From Faecousia sp. (GTDB lineage Bacteria > Bacillota > Clostridia > Oscillospirales > Oscillospiraceae): 64,000 nt of DNA. Location of the stretch: assembly GCA_045604325.1 (NCBI GenBank), contig JAZUNW010000036.1, positions 2,393-66,392 on the forward strand. The letters run 5' to 3'. The notes below the pieces were generated by a model that searched no databases, was not told the origin of the DNA, and was given only the letters and a program-made list of their open reading frames with translations. A program made the translations under genes and the position numbers. Every line of letters starts with the position of its first letter. Position 1 is the first letter of the stretch. Below are positions 55,731 through 64,000 of the stretch, piece by piece.

Positions 55731-56490
55731 CTACAATAACCTGTATTCCTTTATCCTCCAGTGCGGCAATCTGATCCTCCACGCAGTCCCAGTCAGTAAT
55801 GACTGCATCGAAAGCTTCTGCAGGGCAAACCTTGATAAAGGAATTTGCACCAACCTTGGTGCTGGGAATCAGCAGGAACTTTTTTCGGCTGTTGCGAATG
55901 ACAGTCCTCTGGAAAGACGCCGTTTCGTCAGTGCCGTTGGAAAGTCCAAAATCAGCGGTCAATCCAGCTCCGGTAATAAAGCACATATCAAAGTGCATCC
56001 GGCTTACAAACTCAGTAGCCAAACTATCCGTCACGGAACCACTGCGTCGCATCTTACCACCGGCGATGTATACATCAATATTTTCAAAGTCTCGCAGTTC
56101 CTTTGCTACATCCACAGAATTGACTACTACTGTGTACTGGAAGTCTTTCGGCAGGAACTGAACCATGATATGACCAAAGGAACCTCCGGTTAAATACACA
56201 ATATCGTTCTTGCTGATCTGTCGGGTTGCCCATTTTGCAATCTCTCTATAGTTTGGGAAAATAGGCATGGATTCAAATTTGCGGTCAACTGGCGGTCGGA
56301 CGCCAACCTGCTGCGGCAGGATCGCACCACCGTGTGTCCGCTTGCAGATGCCCTGCTGTTCCAGAAGCCGAAGATCCCGACGGGCTGATTCATCAGAGAT
56401 ACCGTATCGGGTGGTGATCTCCGCGATTGTAATTTTGCCATTGGCTGCGATAGTATCAGCAATCGCTTTATGGCGCTCTTGCATAAACAT
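55711..56490 (-). CDS. DeoR/GlpR family transcriptional regulator
   Basis: ERHKAI, SDESARRDLRLLE, RTHGGA; sensor domain with VITD. Confidence 0.92.
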   Translation of the reverse strand: MFMQERHKAIADTIAANGKITIAEITTRYGISDESARRDLRLLEQQGICKRTHGGAILPQQVGVRPPVDRKFESMPIFPNYREIAKWATRQISKNDIVYLTGGSFGHIMVQFLPKDFQYTVVVNSVDVAKELRDFENIDVYIAGGKMRRSGSVTDSLATEFVSRMHFDMCFITGAGLTADFGLSNGTDETASFQRTVIRNSRKKFLLIPSTKVGANSFIKVCPAEAFDAVITDWDCVEDQIAALEDKGIQVIVVDEPNE

Positions 56491-56700
56491 AGGATTACCT
56501 CCAGTTAAATGTTATTACGAGCTCGCACATATACAATACCACAAATTCGGTAATAAAACAACACTTTCGGCAATCGGATTTGCGTATATTATTCTGTAGG
56601 TGATCTCGGCTCTAAACCAATCAATGTAGCACGTAAAAACCAAGCGGCAGTCTGGGAAACCAGGCCGCCGCTTTGATTTGTTTTGGGGAAGGGATTAGCT

Positions 56701-57354
56701 TTACATATCCGAGCTCTGCAGACGACCATCAAGCAATGTATATGCCATTTTCCCTTGCATGGCAGCATCCGAATCGTGGGTGATCAAGATAATGCCCCGG
56801 CCCTTTTCATGTTCGCGCCGCAACAAGCGGAAGATGATATCTCTGTTTTTGGGGTCCAGATTGCCGGTGGGTTCATCAGCCAAGATGAGACACGGATCCA
56901 AAATCAGTGCTCGAGCAATGGCGACCCGCTGTTTTTCTCCACCTGAAAGGGTTGTTACCTTTTGGTCCAGTAAAGGCCCGATGTCCAACAGCTCCACCAA
57001 CTCATCCAGGGACGGTGAATTGCTTTTACTGTTGTACAGCGTGGGCAGCAGGATGTTTTCTTTGCAACTGAGTGTAGGAATCAGATTGTAGGACTGGAAT
57101 ATGAAACCAATGTTTTCAAGACGAAGTCTGGAATAGTCTACATAGTTGCGGATCAATGTGCCGTTAAACACATATTCTCCTGCGTCGTAGCCTTCCACTA
57201 ATCCCAAAATGTTCAGTAGTGTGGATTTTCCAGAACCGGACTTTCCCACAATAGTGATGTAACTATCGTTTGTCACAGTTAGATTGATGTCAGTTAAAAC
57301 CGGACGCAGGTAGGACTTTTGCAGATGTGAAAGTTGGATATTCAACTCTTTCAA
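56701..57354 (-). CDS. ABC transporter ATP-binding protein (MacB/LolD type)
   Basis: GKSGSGKS, LSGGEKQRVAIARAL, LADEPTGNLD, ITHD. Confidence 0.95.
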   Translation of the reverse strand: MKELNIQLSHLQKSYLRPVLTDINLTVTNDSYITIVGKSGSGKSTLLNILGLVEGYDAGEYVFNGTLIRNYVDYSRLRLENIGFIFQSYNLIPTLSCKENILLPTLYNSKSNSPSLDELVELLDIGPLLDQKVTTLSGGEKQRVAIARALILDPCLILADEPTGNLDPKNRDIIFRLLRREHEKGRGIILITHDSDAAMQGKMAYTLLDGRLQSSDM

Positions 57355-57360
57355 GTTGTC

Positions 57361-58227
57361 TCACCGTCCCTCTGCGATTTGCCTGTAACCGGCATCAAAG
57401 AATTGCCCCTCTTCAATTCCTGTTACGCTGACCCACGCTCCATCACTGTAACCGCGATTGACTTCGACTTCTCCAACAAGTTTGCCGCCCTCTGTTACCT
57501 GACGGACATACCACGGCTCATCTTCTCCCGCAGTACGCTGATATAAGCATTTCTCCGGCAGCACCAGTGTTTGCATATAAACATTGCCGGTATAGACCAG
57601 TAGTTCTTCTACAATCTGATCCAGAAAAAACTCTTCCGAATCAATTTTTAGTCGAACACGGGTCGTTCCATCACCGTTTCGAATCATGGCAGTGTACACC
57701 AGCGTGACGGCTTCTCCATCCTCTGTAGTCAATGCCTGCCCGTTCTTTAGGAGTACCAAAGTTTTTGCAGATACATCACACTCCAGGAATACGGGCGTAG
57801 CCAACTGGACCTTAATGTACCCGTCATAGGAGCTGATTTCTGCTACAAGGCCCGAAACAGAAGCAGTTATCACTTCTCCCTTATAGGTTCCTATCTGCTC
57901 ACCCACCTGAATCTCGTCACCTACAGAGATATCCCACCGGATCTTCGACGGTTCATTTTGCTTCAGTTCGATGTACTCATATGTTTCAGAACGGAATACA
58001 CCGGTAAGAGAAACACTTTCCCTCAAATCTCTGCGTTCTGCTTCTGCTATCGTGCCGTAAGCCATTTCCACAAAGTCAGGTGCTGTTGGTGTGGCATACT
58101 GCTGCTTCTCCCGATTGGAAATCTCGTAGATAAGTCCTAAAGGTGCTGCCAACAGAGCTAAAATCAACAGCCAAAACAGAACCTTAGCAAGTTTTGATAT
58201 TACTTTCATCGTTACATTCCTCCTCAT
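57361..58227 (-). CDS. Membrane-fusion/adaptor-like protein of the ABC exporter
   Basis: N-terminal TM helix, ITASVSGLV lipoyl-like motif, C-terminal VTGIEEG; operon context. Confidence 0.7.
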   Translation of the reverse strand: MRRNVTMKVISKLAKVLFWLLILALLAAPLGLIYEISNREKQQYATPTAPDFVEMAYGTIAEAERRDLRESVSLTGVFRSETYEYIELKQNEPSKIRWDISVGDEIQVGEQIGTYKGEVITASVSGLVAEISSYDGYIKVQLATPVFLECDVSAKTLVLLKNGQALTTEDGEAVTLVYTAMIRNGDGTTRVRLKIDSEEFFLDQIVEELLVYTGNVYMQTLVLPEKCLYQRTAGEDEPWYVRQVTEGGKLVGEVEVNRGYSDGAWVSVTGIEEGQFFDAGYRQIAEGR

Positions 58228-59552
58228 TCTGCCTTCAGATAGTCCACAATTTGAACTTGTGTTGCCCGGTAAGCAAATACCAAACTAAATACAACTGTCA
58301 GAGTCAGGCTGCAGGCAGCAAACATTCCTAATGAATGAGGACTGATTGACAATGTAAAGGTATAGAAATTACCGAATTTATCTGGGATATGCTCGTAGAT
58401 CACTTTGTAGACCAGTGCAACAAGGCAGACAAACCAAACCGAGATTAGGATATTCAGCAGCATAACCAGCAGACTCTCATACAAGAATTGCCGGATGATA
58501 CTCCACTTGGATGCACCCAAAGCCCGTTTTACACCAATCTCAAACCGACGGTCATTTAATGCATTACAAAAACTGGAGTAAAGGTTGATGCCCAAAATCA
58601 GAAGCAGAGCCGCAGTGATAATGGCTTTCATATCCACTTCTGTGCGAATGCGTTCCAATGCGATGTTCTGACTGGAATACACTGCATTAATGTTAGCTGT
58701 AATGCCCGTGGAGCGAATCAACGCTTCCATATTTTCCGGTGTGTTGCTGTAAAAGACCAGCGTAGGACGATCCCACTCAAACTTGGGGCACATCGTTTTG
58801 TTAAAATCCTCAGAAGAAAGCGCAATCATAGGAGCGCGGTCATAAAGCAGTTGAACCAACGTGTTCGTTGTATCTTCTTTTTCAGAAAAGCGAAGAGATT
58901 CCCCGCTTTTGATAATACCGACTACCCGGAAGTTCCCTGCGAAGGGCTCCAGAACAAGGCTACCGTCGGAGTCATGGTAATTACTTAGCTGAAGCGAAAA
59001 CTGATTATCCTTCTGTGCAATGTGAAACAGAGAATAGAGTCGGTCGTCTAGTAATACCTCTCCGGGGTTCAATTGAAAGCTTTCGTGTTCTTTTCCGTCC
59101 AGCCAGATTACATCCGCCTTTGTCCAGGCAGTACCGTAAATGCTCCACGCCTCTCTGGGGACAGAGATGGCATGCACGCCAATGTTGTCAAGCCTGCGGC
59201 CATCTCCTGCTACCAGGCTATTACCTGCTTCTCGAATAGAACCAAAGTGAGCCGATTCAAATTGCAAATGCGCTTGGGCGTAATTGGCCGATTCTTCAAT
59301 AAGCGCTTGTGTAAATGCATTGCTTTTCAGCTTTTCATCAGCTACAGAAACAATGTTGCGGTCCTGGCTGAATAGTTCCTTATAGGTATTATAGAGCGAG
59401 GAATCTGTCCACAGCAGGTAACCAAGCAATAGAGAAAAACTCAGCACAATGGTAACGGAAAGCAATGCATAGCTGCGAATTTCCTTGAATGCCATAGTTC
59501 CTGCGTGGAATAGGATTCGAAATGGTTTCTTTTTCATTTTTCTTTTCTCCAA
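58224..59552 (-). CDS. ABC transporter permease (FtsX/MacB family)
   Basis: RRFEIGVKRALGA..IIRQFLYES motif; four-TM topology. Confidence 0.9.
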   Translation of the reverse strand: MEKRKMKKKPFRILFHAGTMAFKEIRSYALLSVTIVLSFSLLLGYLLWTDSSLYNTYKELFSQDRNIVSVADEKLKSNAFTQALIEESANYAQAHLQFESAHFGSIREAGNSLVAGDGRRLDNIGVHAISVPREAWSIYGTAWTKADVIWLDGKEHESFQLNPGEVLLDDRLYSLFHIAQKDNQFSLQLSNYHDSDGSLVLEPFAGNFRVVGIIKSGESLRFSEKEDTTNTLVQLLYDRAPMIALSSEDFNKTMCPKFEWDRPTLVFYSNTPENMEALIRSTGITANINAVYSSQNIALERIRTEVDMKAIITAALLLILGINLYSSFCNALNDRRFEIGVKRALGASKWSIIRQFLYESLLVMLLNILISVWFVCLVALVYKVIYEHIPDKFGNFYTFTLSISPHSLGMFAACSLTLTVVFSLVFAYRATQVQIVDYLKAE

Positions 59553-60868
59553 GCGTCAGGGAGTTGATCCAGCCACTGAAGCTGTAAAAACTCTTTCTGG
59601 AAGTAGTGATAGTATTCTCCTACATCAACATCCAAAAAGGCTAAACAAAAGGTATCCCATGCAGAATTATTACGATTCATTCGACACGGTACTGCTACGG
59701 TGTATTCTGCTCCAGTGTTCACCAGCGTATAATCCAGGTACAAAAAGCCTGTTAGACCTGCTTCGTATTCCTTCAGGAATTCGCTGTAGAAATAAACTGA
59801 AAGTGTGATTCCGGTGCCCTTATCCAGCATTAAGGGCTGCTTGCAATCCCAAAGATAATCCATAGAACTGCCATTGGATTGAGATAGAACTTGTGCTCCC
59901 AGTACTTCCAAATCGCCGCCACCTTGCCAGCGTAATCCGGTTAAGGCCAGATCTTCGCTGGCAGAAAAGCGCAATGCCTCATGAAGACCCATATATCCAC
60001 TAGCATAGGGGCTATCGTAGAGGGAATACATAATTGGAGTGGCATCCGTAGTGATTCCTTTGTGCTTGTACTGCAATTGTTCTGGCTCCTGAGAATGAAT
60101 ACGCCACTGACCAAGCTCTACGCGAAATGTATCGCCACCTAAGTGAAGGTCAAGGTACTCAATAGCTTCATCTTGAAATTGGTCAAAAGTAATGTTAATA
60201 CTGTAGAGGTGATAATCTGCCAAGACGGATGTCCCTTGCGCAATGTAAGCATCCTCATACTGCTGAATTCGTTTTGAATAAGGTGCTGAATATCCCTCAA
60301 TCAAGGTGCTGTAATCGTTTGATGTTGACAGATTCTCTATAACAAGTTTGTTGTATGCCTCATCTGCAAGTCTCGCATCGCTGCACATTTGCCCAAGCTC
60401 ATATAGGTCGATCTTTTGAATGCACATATAATGATAAAGCAATTGTGCTTGTAAATTGCTGATATCTATTGGATTAGTAGAGATGTGCTGAAATTGTTCG
60501 TCCAGATTCCAAACAGTGAATTTATATTTTGATTTTGCGGGGAGCGTTACGGCAATATCTTCTGCCGCATAGGCCTCTTTAGTAATCAGTGTAAACGCAG
60601 ATCCAGTATAGGGCAGCCCAGGATAAAAATCACAGTCTTGATTGGATGCAGAAAAATAGAATGCCCTTTCCTGGTCTGCCGCCAACAGAGGTGTGCCGGC
60701 ATAGGCTTCCACCTTGGGCCATGTGGTAGGGTCATATTTTGTCAGATCCTCGCCAACAGTTTCAGATGGTGCTGTCGTCCCCGTGGTTTCGGAATCACCC
60801 GGCTCGGTAGCGCAAGCCGAAAGTACCAGACAAAGCACAAGGAATAGTGCAAAAATCTTCTTTTTCAT
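59534..60868 (-). CDS. Putative lipoprotein
   Basis: MKKKIFALFLVLCLVLSAC lipobox; first gene of the ABC operon. Confidence 0.8.
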   Translation of the reverse strand: MKKKIFALFLVLCLVLSACATEPGDSETTGTTAPSETVGEDLTKYDPTTWPKVEAYAGTPLLAADQERAFYFSASNQDCDFYPGLPYTGSAFTLITKEAYAAEDIAVTLPAKSKYKFTVWNLDEQFQHISTNPIDISNLQAQLLYHYMCIQKIDLYELGQMCSDARLADEAYNKLVIENLSTSNDYSTLIEGYSAPYSKRIQQYEDAYIAQGTSVLADYHLYSINITFDQFQDEAIEYLDLHLGGDTFRVELGQWRIHSQEPEQLQYKHKGITTDATPIMYSLYDSPYASGYMGLHEALRFSASEDLALTGLRWQGGGDLEVLGAQVLSQSNGSSMDYLWDCKQPLMLDKGTGITLSVYFYSEFLKEYEAGLTGFLYLDYTLVNTGAEYTVAVPCRMNRNNSAWDTFCLAFLDVDVGEYYHYFQKEFLQLQWLDQLPDAWRKEK

Positions 60869-60924
60869 TTTCATCCCTCCTTGCATATCAGTTTACCAAA
60901 GCGAGTGACTATACGCAAGGGCGT

Positions 60925-60959
60925 TGGCATAACTGGCAGAATTTGTGGCACAGGTGGTT
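60925..60959. promoter_or_regulatory. Possible LytTR direct-repeat binding site
   Basis: tggca-taac-tggca and tggca-cagg-tggtt with a 21-bp period, between the divergent ABC operon and the LytTR regulator. Confidence 0.35.
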
Positions 60960-61024
60960 GTTGCAAGAATTGTCAAAGAAAGGTATAATAAAATAGAACT
61001 GTTATGGGAAAGGAGGCAACAGAT

Positions 61025-61705
61025 ATGAAAGTAGCTATCTGCGATGATAACGCACAGGATCTTGCGTGCTTGTCTGATGCTTTAAAAGTTTATGATTTCA
61101 GTATAGAGATTGCTTGTTTCTCCACCGCTTTGGATCTGTATAACAGCGCACAGTCGGAAATATACGATGCTGTACTGCTGGACATCGAAATGGAAGCACC
61201 CAACGGATACGAAATCGCTTTGCGGCTGGCAAGGCAGGACTCCCATCCCATCATTCTGTTTGTTTCCAATTCCGCTGAGTATGCCGTCCGTGGATATGGA
61301 CTTGCCCTGCGTTATATACTGAAGCCTCTGAAACCCGATGCACTTGCAGAGGCTATGGATGCCGTCAAGCAAGAGATTCGGGGCAGTCGTTTATCTGTTA
61401 CATTGGAAGGTGCTACCCACATACTGAATGTACCGTCTGTTCATTATGTCGAAGTGCTTGGTCACAATATCACCCTGCATACAACAGATGGTGACTATTC
61501 TTTTAGAGCTTCTTTAAAGGATCTGACTGCGCAACTGCCAAGCCGGTTTTTCTGCGCTCCCCACCAAAGTTATGTGGTCAATATGCTCCATGTTAAAACG
61601 GTTTCTGCCCAGGAAGTGCGAATGTTGGATGGAACATCTATCCCCATCAGCCGCCGCAGATATCGGGATTTTCTTCATAGCTTTCATCGCTTCTTGGGGG
61701 TGTAA
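61025..61705 (+). CDS. LytTR-family response regulator
   Basis: VAICDD, LLDIEM, YILKP; LytTR domain with HQSYVVN..IPISRR. Confidence 0.93.
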   Translation: MKVAICDDNAQDLACLSDALKVYDFSIEIACFSTALDLYNSAQSEIYDAVLLDIEMEAPNGYEIALRLARQDSHPIILFVSNSAEYAVRGYGLALRYILKPLKPDALAEAMDAVKQEIRGSRLSVTLEGATHILNVPSVHYVEVLGHNITLHTTDGDYSFRASLKDLTAQLPSRFFCAPHQSYVVNMLHVKTVSAQEVRMLDGTSIPISRRRYRDFLHSFHRFLGV

Positions 61706-61710
61706 CAGAT

Positions 61711-62919
61711 ATGGAGATATTTGGAATAGTTGCCAGTGCTGTTATCACTTTGTTTTTGTGTATCTTCCTGCTTCGGAGCCAGTTCTCCATTGCGGAAGTA
61801 GCTAAGCGAAGCACCATTGTCTGCTTCTGCGGGTGTTTGGTCCTTTTGGTCGCGATTCGGTTGTTGACCAACTCCATATGGATTATTGCGCCGGTTACAA
61901 TGGTAATAGCGGGATTCTTAAGTTGGTACATAGGACAGGCTAAGCCTATAAAAGCGCTTACTTTTGGTGCGCTTTTCGGTGTGTTGCAATTGATTTCCGG
62001 TAGTGTACCTCTTCTCCTGCAAAGGGTGTTTCCGGATTTGGGAATACCCCACATTCTTATACCGGAGATTGTTACGCTATACGCACTAACCACATTTGCC
62101 TGCATATTTAGCGAAAAATGGCATCTTGCGCAGAAGGGACTTCTCTCATTGATTCCCATATGGTTAGTGTTGCTTCTGCTGTGCGAAGAGATCCTGCGCA
62201 GACGGAATGATATGGGGATATCGATTTTGATCTTTTTCGCAGACCTATGGATACTTTATGCCGGAGTGCATTTAATGTTTGTCTGCAAAAAAATCGAAGC
62301 AAGGCTCCTCGTTGCATTGGAAGCTCAGCAAAAAGCGCACCACTATATTCTGCAGGAAGAATACTATCAAAAGCTGCAGAACAAACAGAACGAAACCCGT
62401 GCCCTCTGGCACGACCTAAACAAGTATCTAAGAGCTGCTAAGGCAGAGAATCCGGAAGCGTCCGCCCTTGATCAGCTCGAAAGTATGCTGCAATCCGCAA
62501 CGCAGATTGTGGATGCGGGGAATAACGTGCTCAATGTCATTCTGAATGAGTATGACCAGGCTGCACGCGCTGCTGGTACTGACCTTCGGATAAAGGTGCA
62601 GGTTTCACCGGAGCTTTCTATTACACCTGCTGATCTTTACATTCTGATCGGAAACACTATGGATAATGCACTGGAAGCATGCAACCATCTCCCTCAAGAG
62701 CAGCGGATTATTGATTTGACTCTGCGCACCCATAACGGCGTGTTGTACTATAAGCTTATTAATCCTTGCGTTAACCAAGCAAAAAAAGCTGTTCTTGATC
62801 CATCCCGTGGCTATGGCCTGGCCAATGTTAGGCTTTGCGTTCAAAAGTATAACGGAGACGTTGAGACAACGAACGAGAATGGGTTCTTCGTATTCTCAGC
62901 ACATCTGAATTTGGAGTGA
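61711..62919 (+). CDS. GHKL sensor histidine kinase (AgrC/VirS type)
   Basis: Multiple TM helices; WHDLNK H-box, GNTMDNALEA N-box, GYGL G-box. Confidence 0.9.
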   Translation: MEIFGIVASAVITLFLCIFLLRSQFSIAEVAKRSTIVCFCGCLVLLVAIRLLTNSIWIIAPVTMVIAGFLSWYIGQAKPIKALTFGALFGVLQLISGSVPLLLQRVFPDLGIPHILIPEIVTLYALTTFACIFSEKWHLAQKGLLSLIPIWLVLLLLCEEILRRRNDMGISILIFFADLWILYAGVHLMFVCKKIEARLLVALEAQQKAHHYILQEEYYQKLQNKQNETRALWHDLNKYLRAAKAENPEASALDQLESMLQSATQIVDAGNNVLNVILNEYDQAARAAGTDLRIKVQVSPELSITPADLYILIGNTMDNALEACNHLPQEQRIIDLTLRTHNGVLYYKLINPCVNQAKKAVLDPSRGYGLANVRLCVQKYNGDVETTNENGFFVFSAHLNLE

Positions 62920-63055
62920 CCCAGAAAAACCTGAGGTATTGTCCGGTTGCCCTCACTTTTTTGAATATGATTTCTTTGCTGGTAGTACACATACTGATTT
63001 TATATTGACATTATCACGATACCGTGATATACTATTGGCGAAAGGAGTGGATGAA

Positions 63056-63310
63056 ATGCCTGTATTATCAAGATTTTACGGAATCGTTATTCGTATGTAC
63101 TTTTTGCAAAAGGAACACAATCCGCCCCATATTCATGCCATCTACGGTGATGATATGGCGGCAATCACGATTGCTGACGGAAAGGTGTTGGAGGGTGCAC
63201 TGCCCTATAAGGCTCTTGAATTAGTAAGAGAATGGATTTCTCTGCACAAGGAGGAACTCCTTGCTATTTGGGAAACCCAGGACTTCAAGCACCTTCCTCC
63301 GTTGGAGTAA
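63056..63310 (+). CDS. DUF4160-domain protein (putative toxin-antitoxin component)
   Basis: MPVLSRFYGIVIRMY..EHNPPHIHA..EW..LH..EL..W. Confidence 0.88.
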   Translation: MPVLSRFYGIVIRMYFLQKEHNPPHIHAIYGDDMAAITIADGKVLEGALPYKALELVREWISLHKEELLAIWETQDFKHLPPLE

Positions 63311-63320
63311 GGAGGTATTT

Positions 63321-63755
63321 ATGTTTCATAAGATCAAGAATGTCTCTGCTCTTCCGGAATATCGACTGAGCGTACAGTTTGCCGAAGGCTGCACGAAGAT
63401 CTACGATATGAAGCCCCTGTTTGAGCGTGTTCCGCTTTTTGCGGAGCTGAAAGATGATCCTTGCTTGTTCTCTGATGTCGCTGTCGATATAGGCGGTCAC
63501 GGCATCGTGTGGAACGACGATCTGGATCTTTCCTGCGACGAACTTTGGGAGAACGGTGTTGAAGTGGAAACGCCCTTTGACGGACTTATGGCCTTCAGTG
63601 ATGCCACCGCTCTTTGGGCTCTGAACGAAAGCACACTCAGAAAAGCTATCACCTATGGCAAGCTGGTGGATGGCGTAGATGTGTGCAAGTTTGGCAAGCA
63701 GTGGGTCGTATCAATGAAGGCCATGCGCAGAGAATACGGAGAACCGAGAGTTTAA
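63321..63755 (+). CDS. DUF2442-domain protein with C-terminal HTH (putative antitoxin)
   Basis: V.AL..YRL.VQF..G..K.YD and GIVWNDDLDL; C-terminal HTH-like WALNESTLRKAI..KFGKQW. Confidence 0.85.
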   Translation: MFHKIKNVSALPEYRLSVQFAEGCTKIYDMKPLFERVPLFAELKDDPCLFSDVAVDIGGHGIVWNDDLDLSCDELWENGVEVETPFDGLMAFSDATALWALNESTLRKAITYGKLVDGVDVCKFGKQWVVSMKAMRREYGEPRV

Positions 63756-63757
63756 CT

Positions 63758-63797
63758 TTTAAGACGGTGGATTTTTCTGCCGTCTTAAATTTTTTTG
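63758..63797 (+). terminator. Intrinsic terminator
   Basis: tttaagacgg...ccgtcttaaa hairpin followed by a T-tract. Confidence 0.7.
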
Positions 63798-64000
63798 TGG
63801 GTACCCCTTGACTTTTTTGGCAAAAACTCATATTACTTAAGTGTAGGGAGTAAATTCTCCTTCCTTCGGTTTTGGTCTTCGGCAGGCATAGAGCCTGTAC
63901 GGAGTCAAAATAAATTTATAGTTACGAAGGAGGAATTCAAAATCAAAACTCTCGCACGGAAAGCACTCTGTCCAATGGCTTTAAGGACAGACAGTCGATA

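Noticed and set aside
63808..64000. Promoter, leader hairpin and GGAGG RBS followed by ATC (possible non-AUG start)
   Set aside because: Truncated by the window edge; too little sequence to call a gene or RNA leader
1..64000. CRISPR array, rRNA or IS transposase
   Set aside because: No repeat-spacer array, rRNA-like sequence or transposase motif recognised

Overview
Window from a Clostridia-like (probably Oscillospiraceae-type) chromosome. 1-6.3 kb is host DNA: the 5' end of a type II topoisomerase B subunit, a BlaI / BlaR1-LRR / LRR operon, a PHP hydrolase, mutY and tRNA-Arg(ACG). 6281-45824 is an apparently complete ~39.5 kb temperate prophage integrated in the tRNA 3' half (50-bp att direct repeat). 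It has a tyrosine integrase, a CI/Cro switch, recombination and replication genes, an adenine methylase, terminase, capsid, a P22-like portal, a podovirus-type tail/ejection module and lysis genes. The prophage carries a complete diversity-generating retroelement (RT, Avd, TR) with two tandem targets in the early region. Immediately upstream is a PAPS-reductase-family gene with three tandem versions of its G(F/W)P..WC..LK motif, one in each reading frame, bracketed by G7 and C5 tracts; this is the most unusual observation. The prophage also has a type I toxin-antitoxin locus, an inverted-repeat-bounded sORF + structured RNA cassette, a KTR zinc-ribbon/terminator unit before terL and a duplicated late-promoter motif. 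45.8-55.7 kb looks like an AT-richer accessory/defence island (nuclease-STAND ATPase, FRG-YunG fusion). After it come a DeoR regulator, an ABC export operon, a LytTR two-component system and a DUF4160/DUF2442 pair. All family calls come from motif recognition by eye, not database searches.
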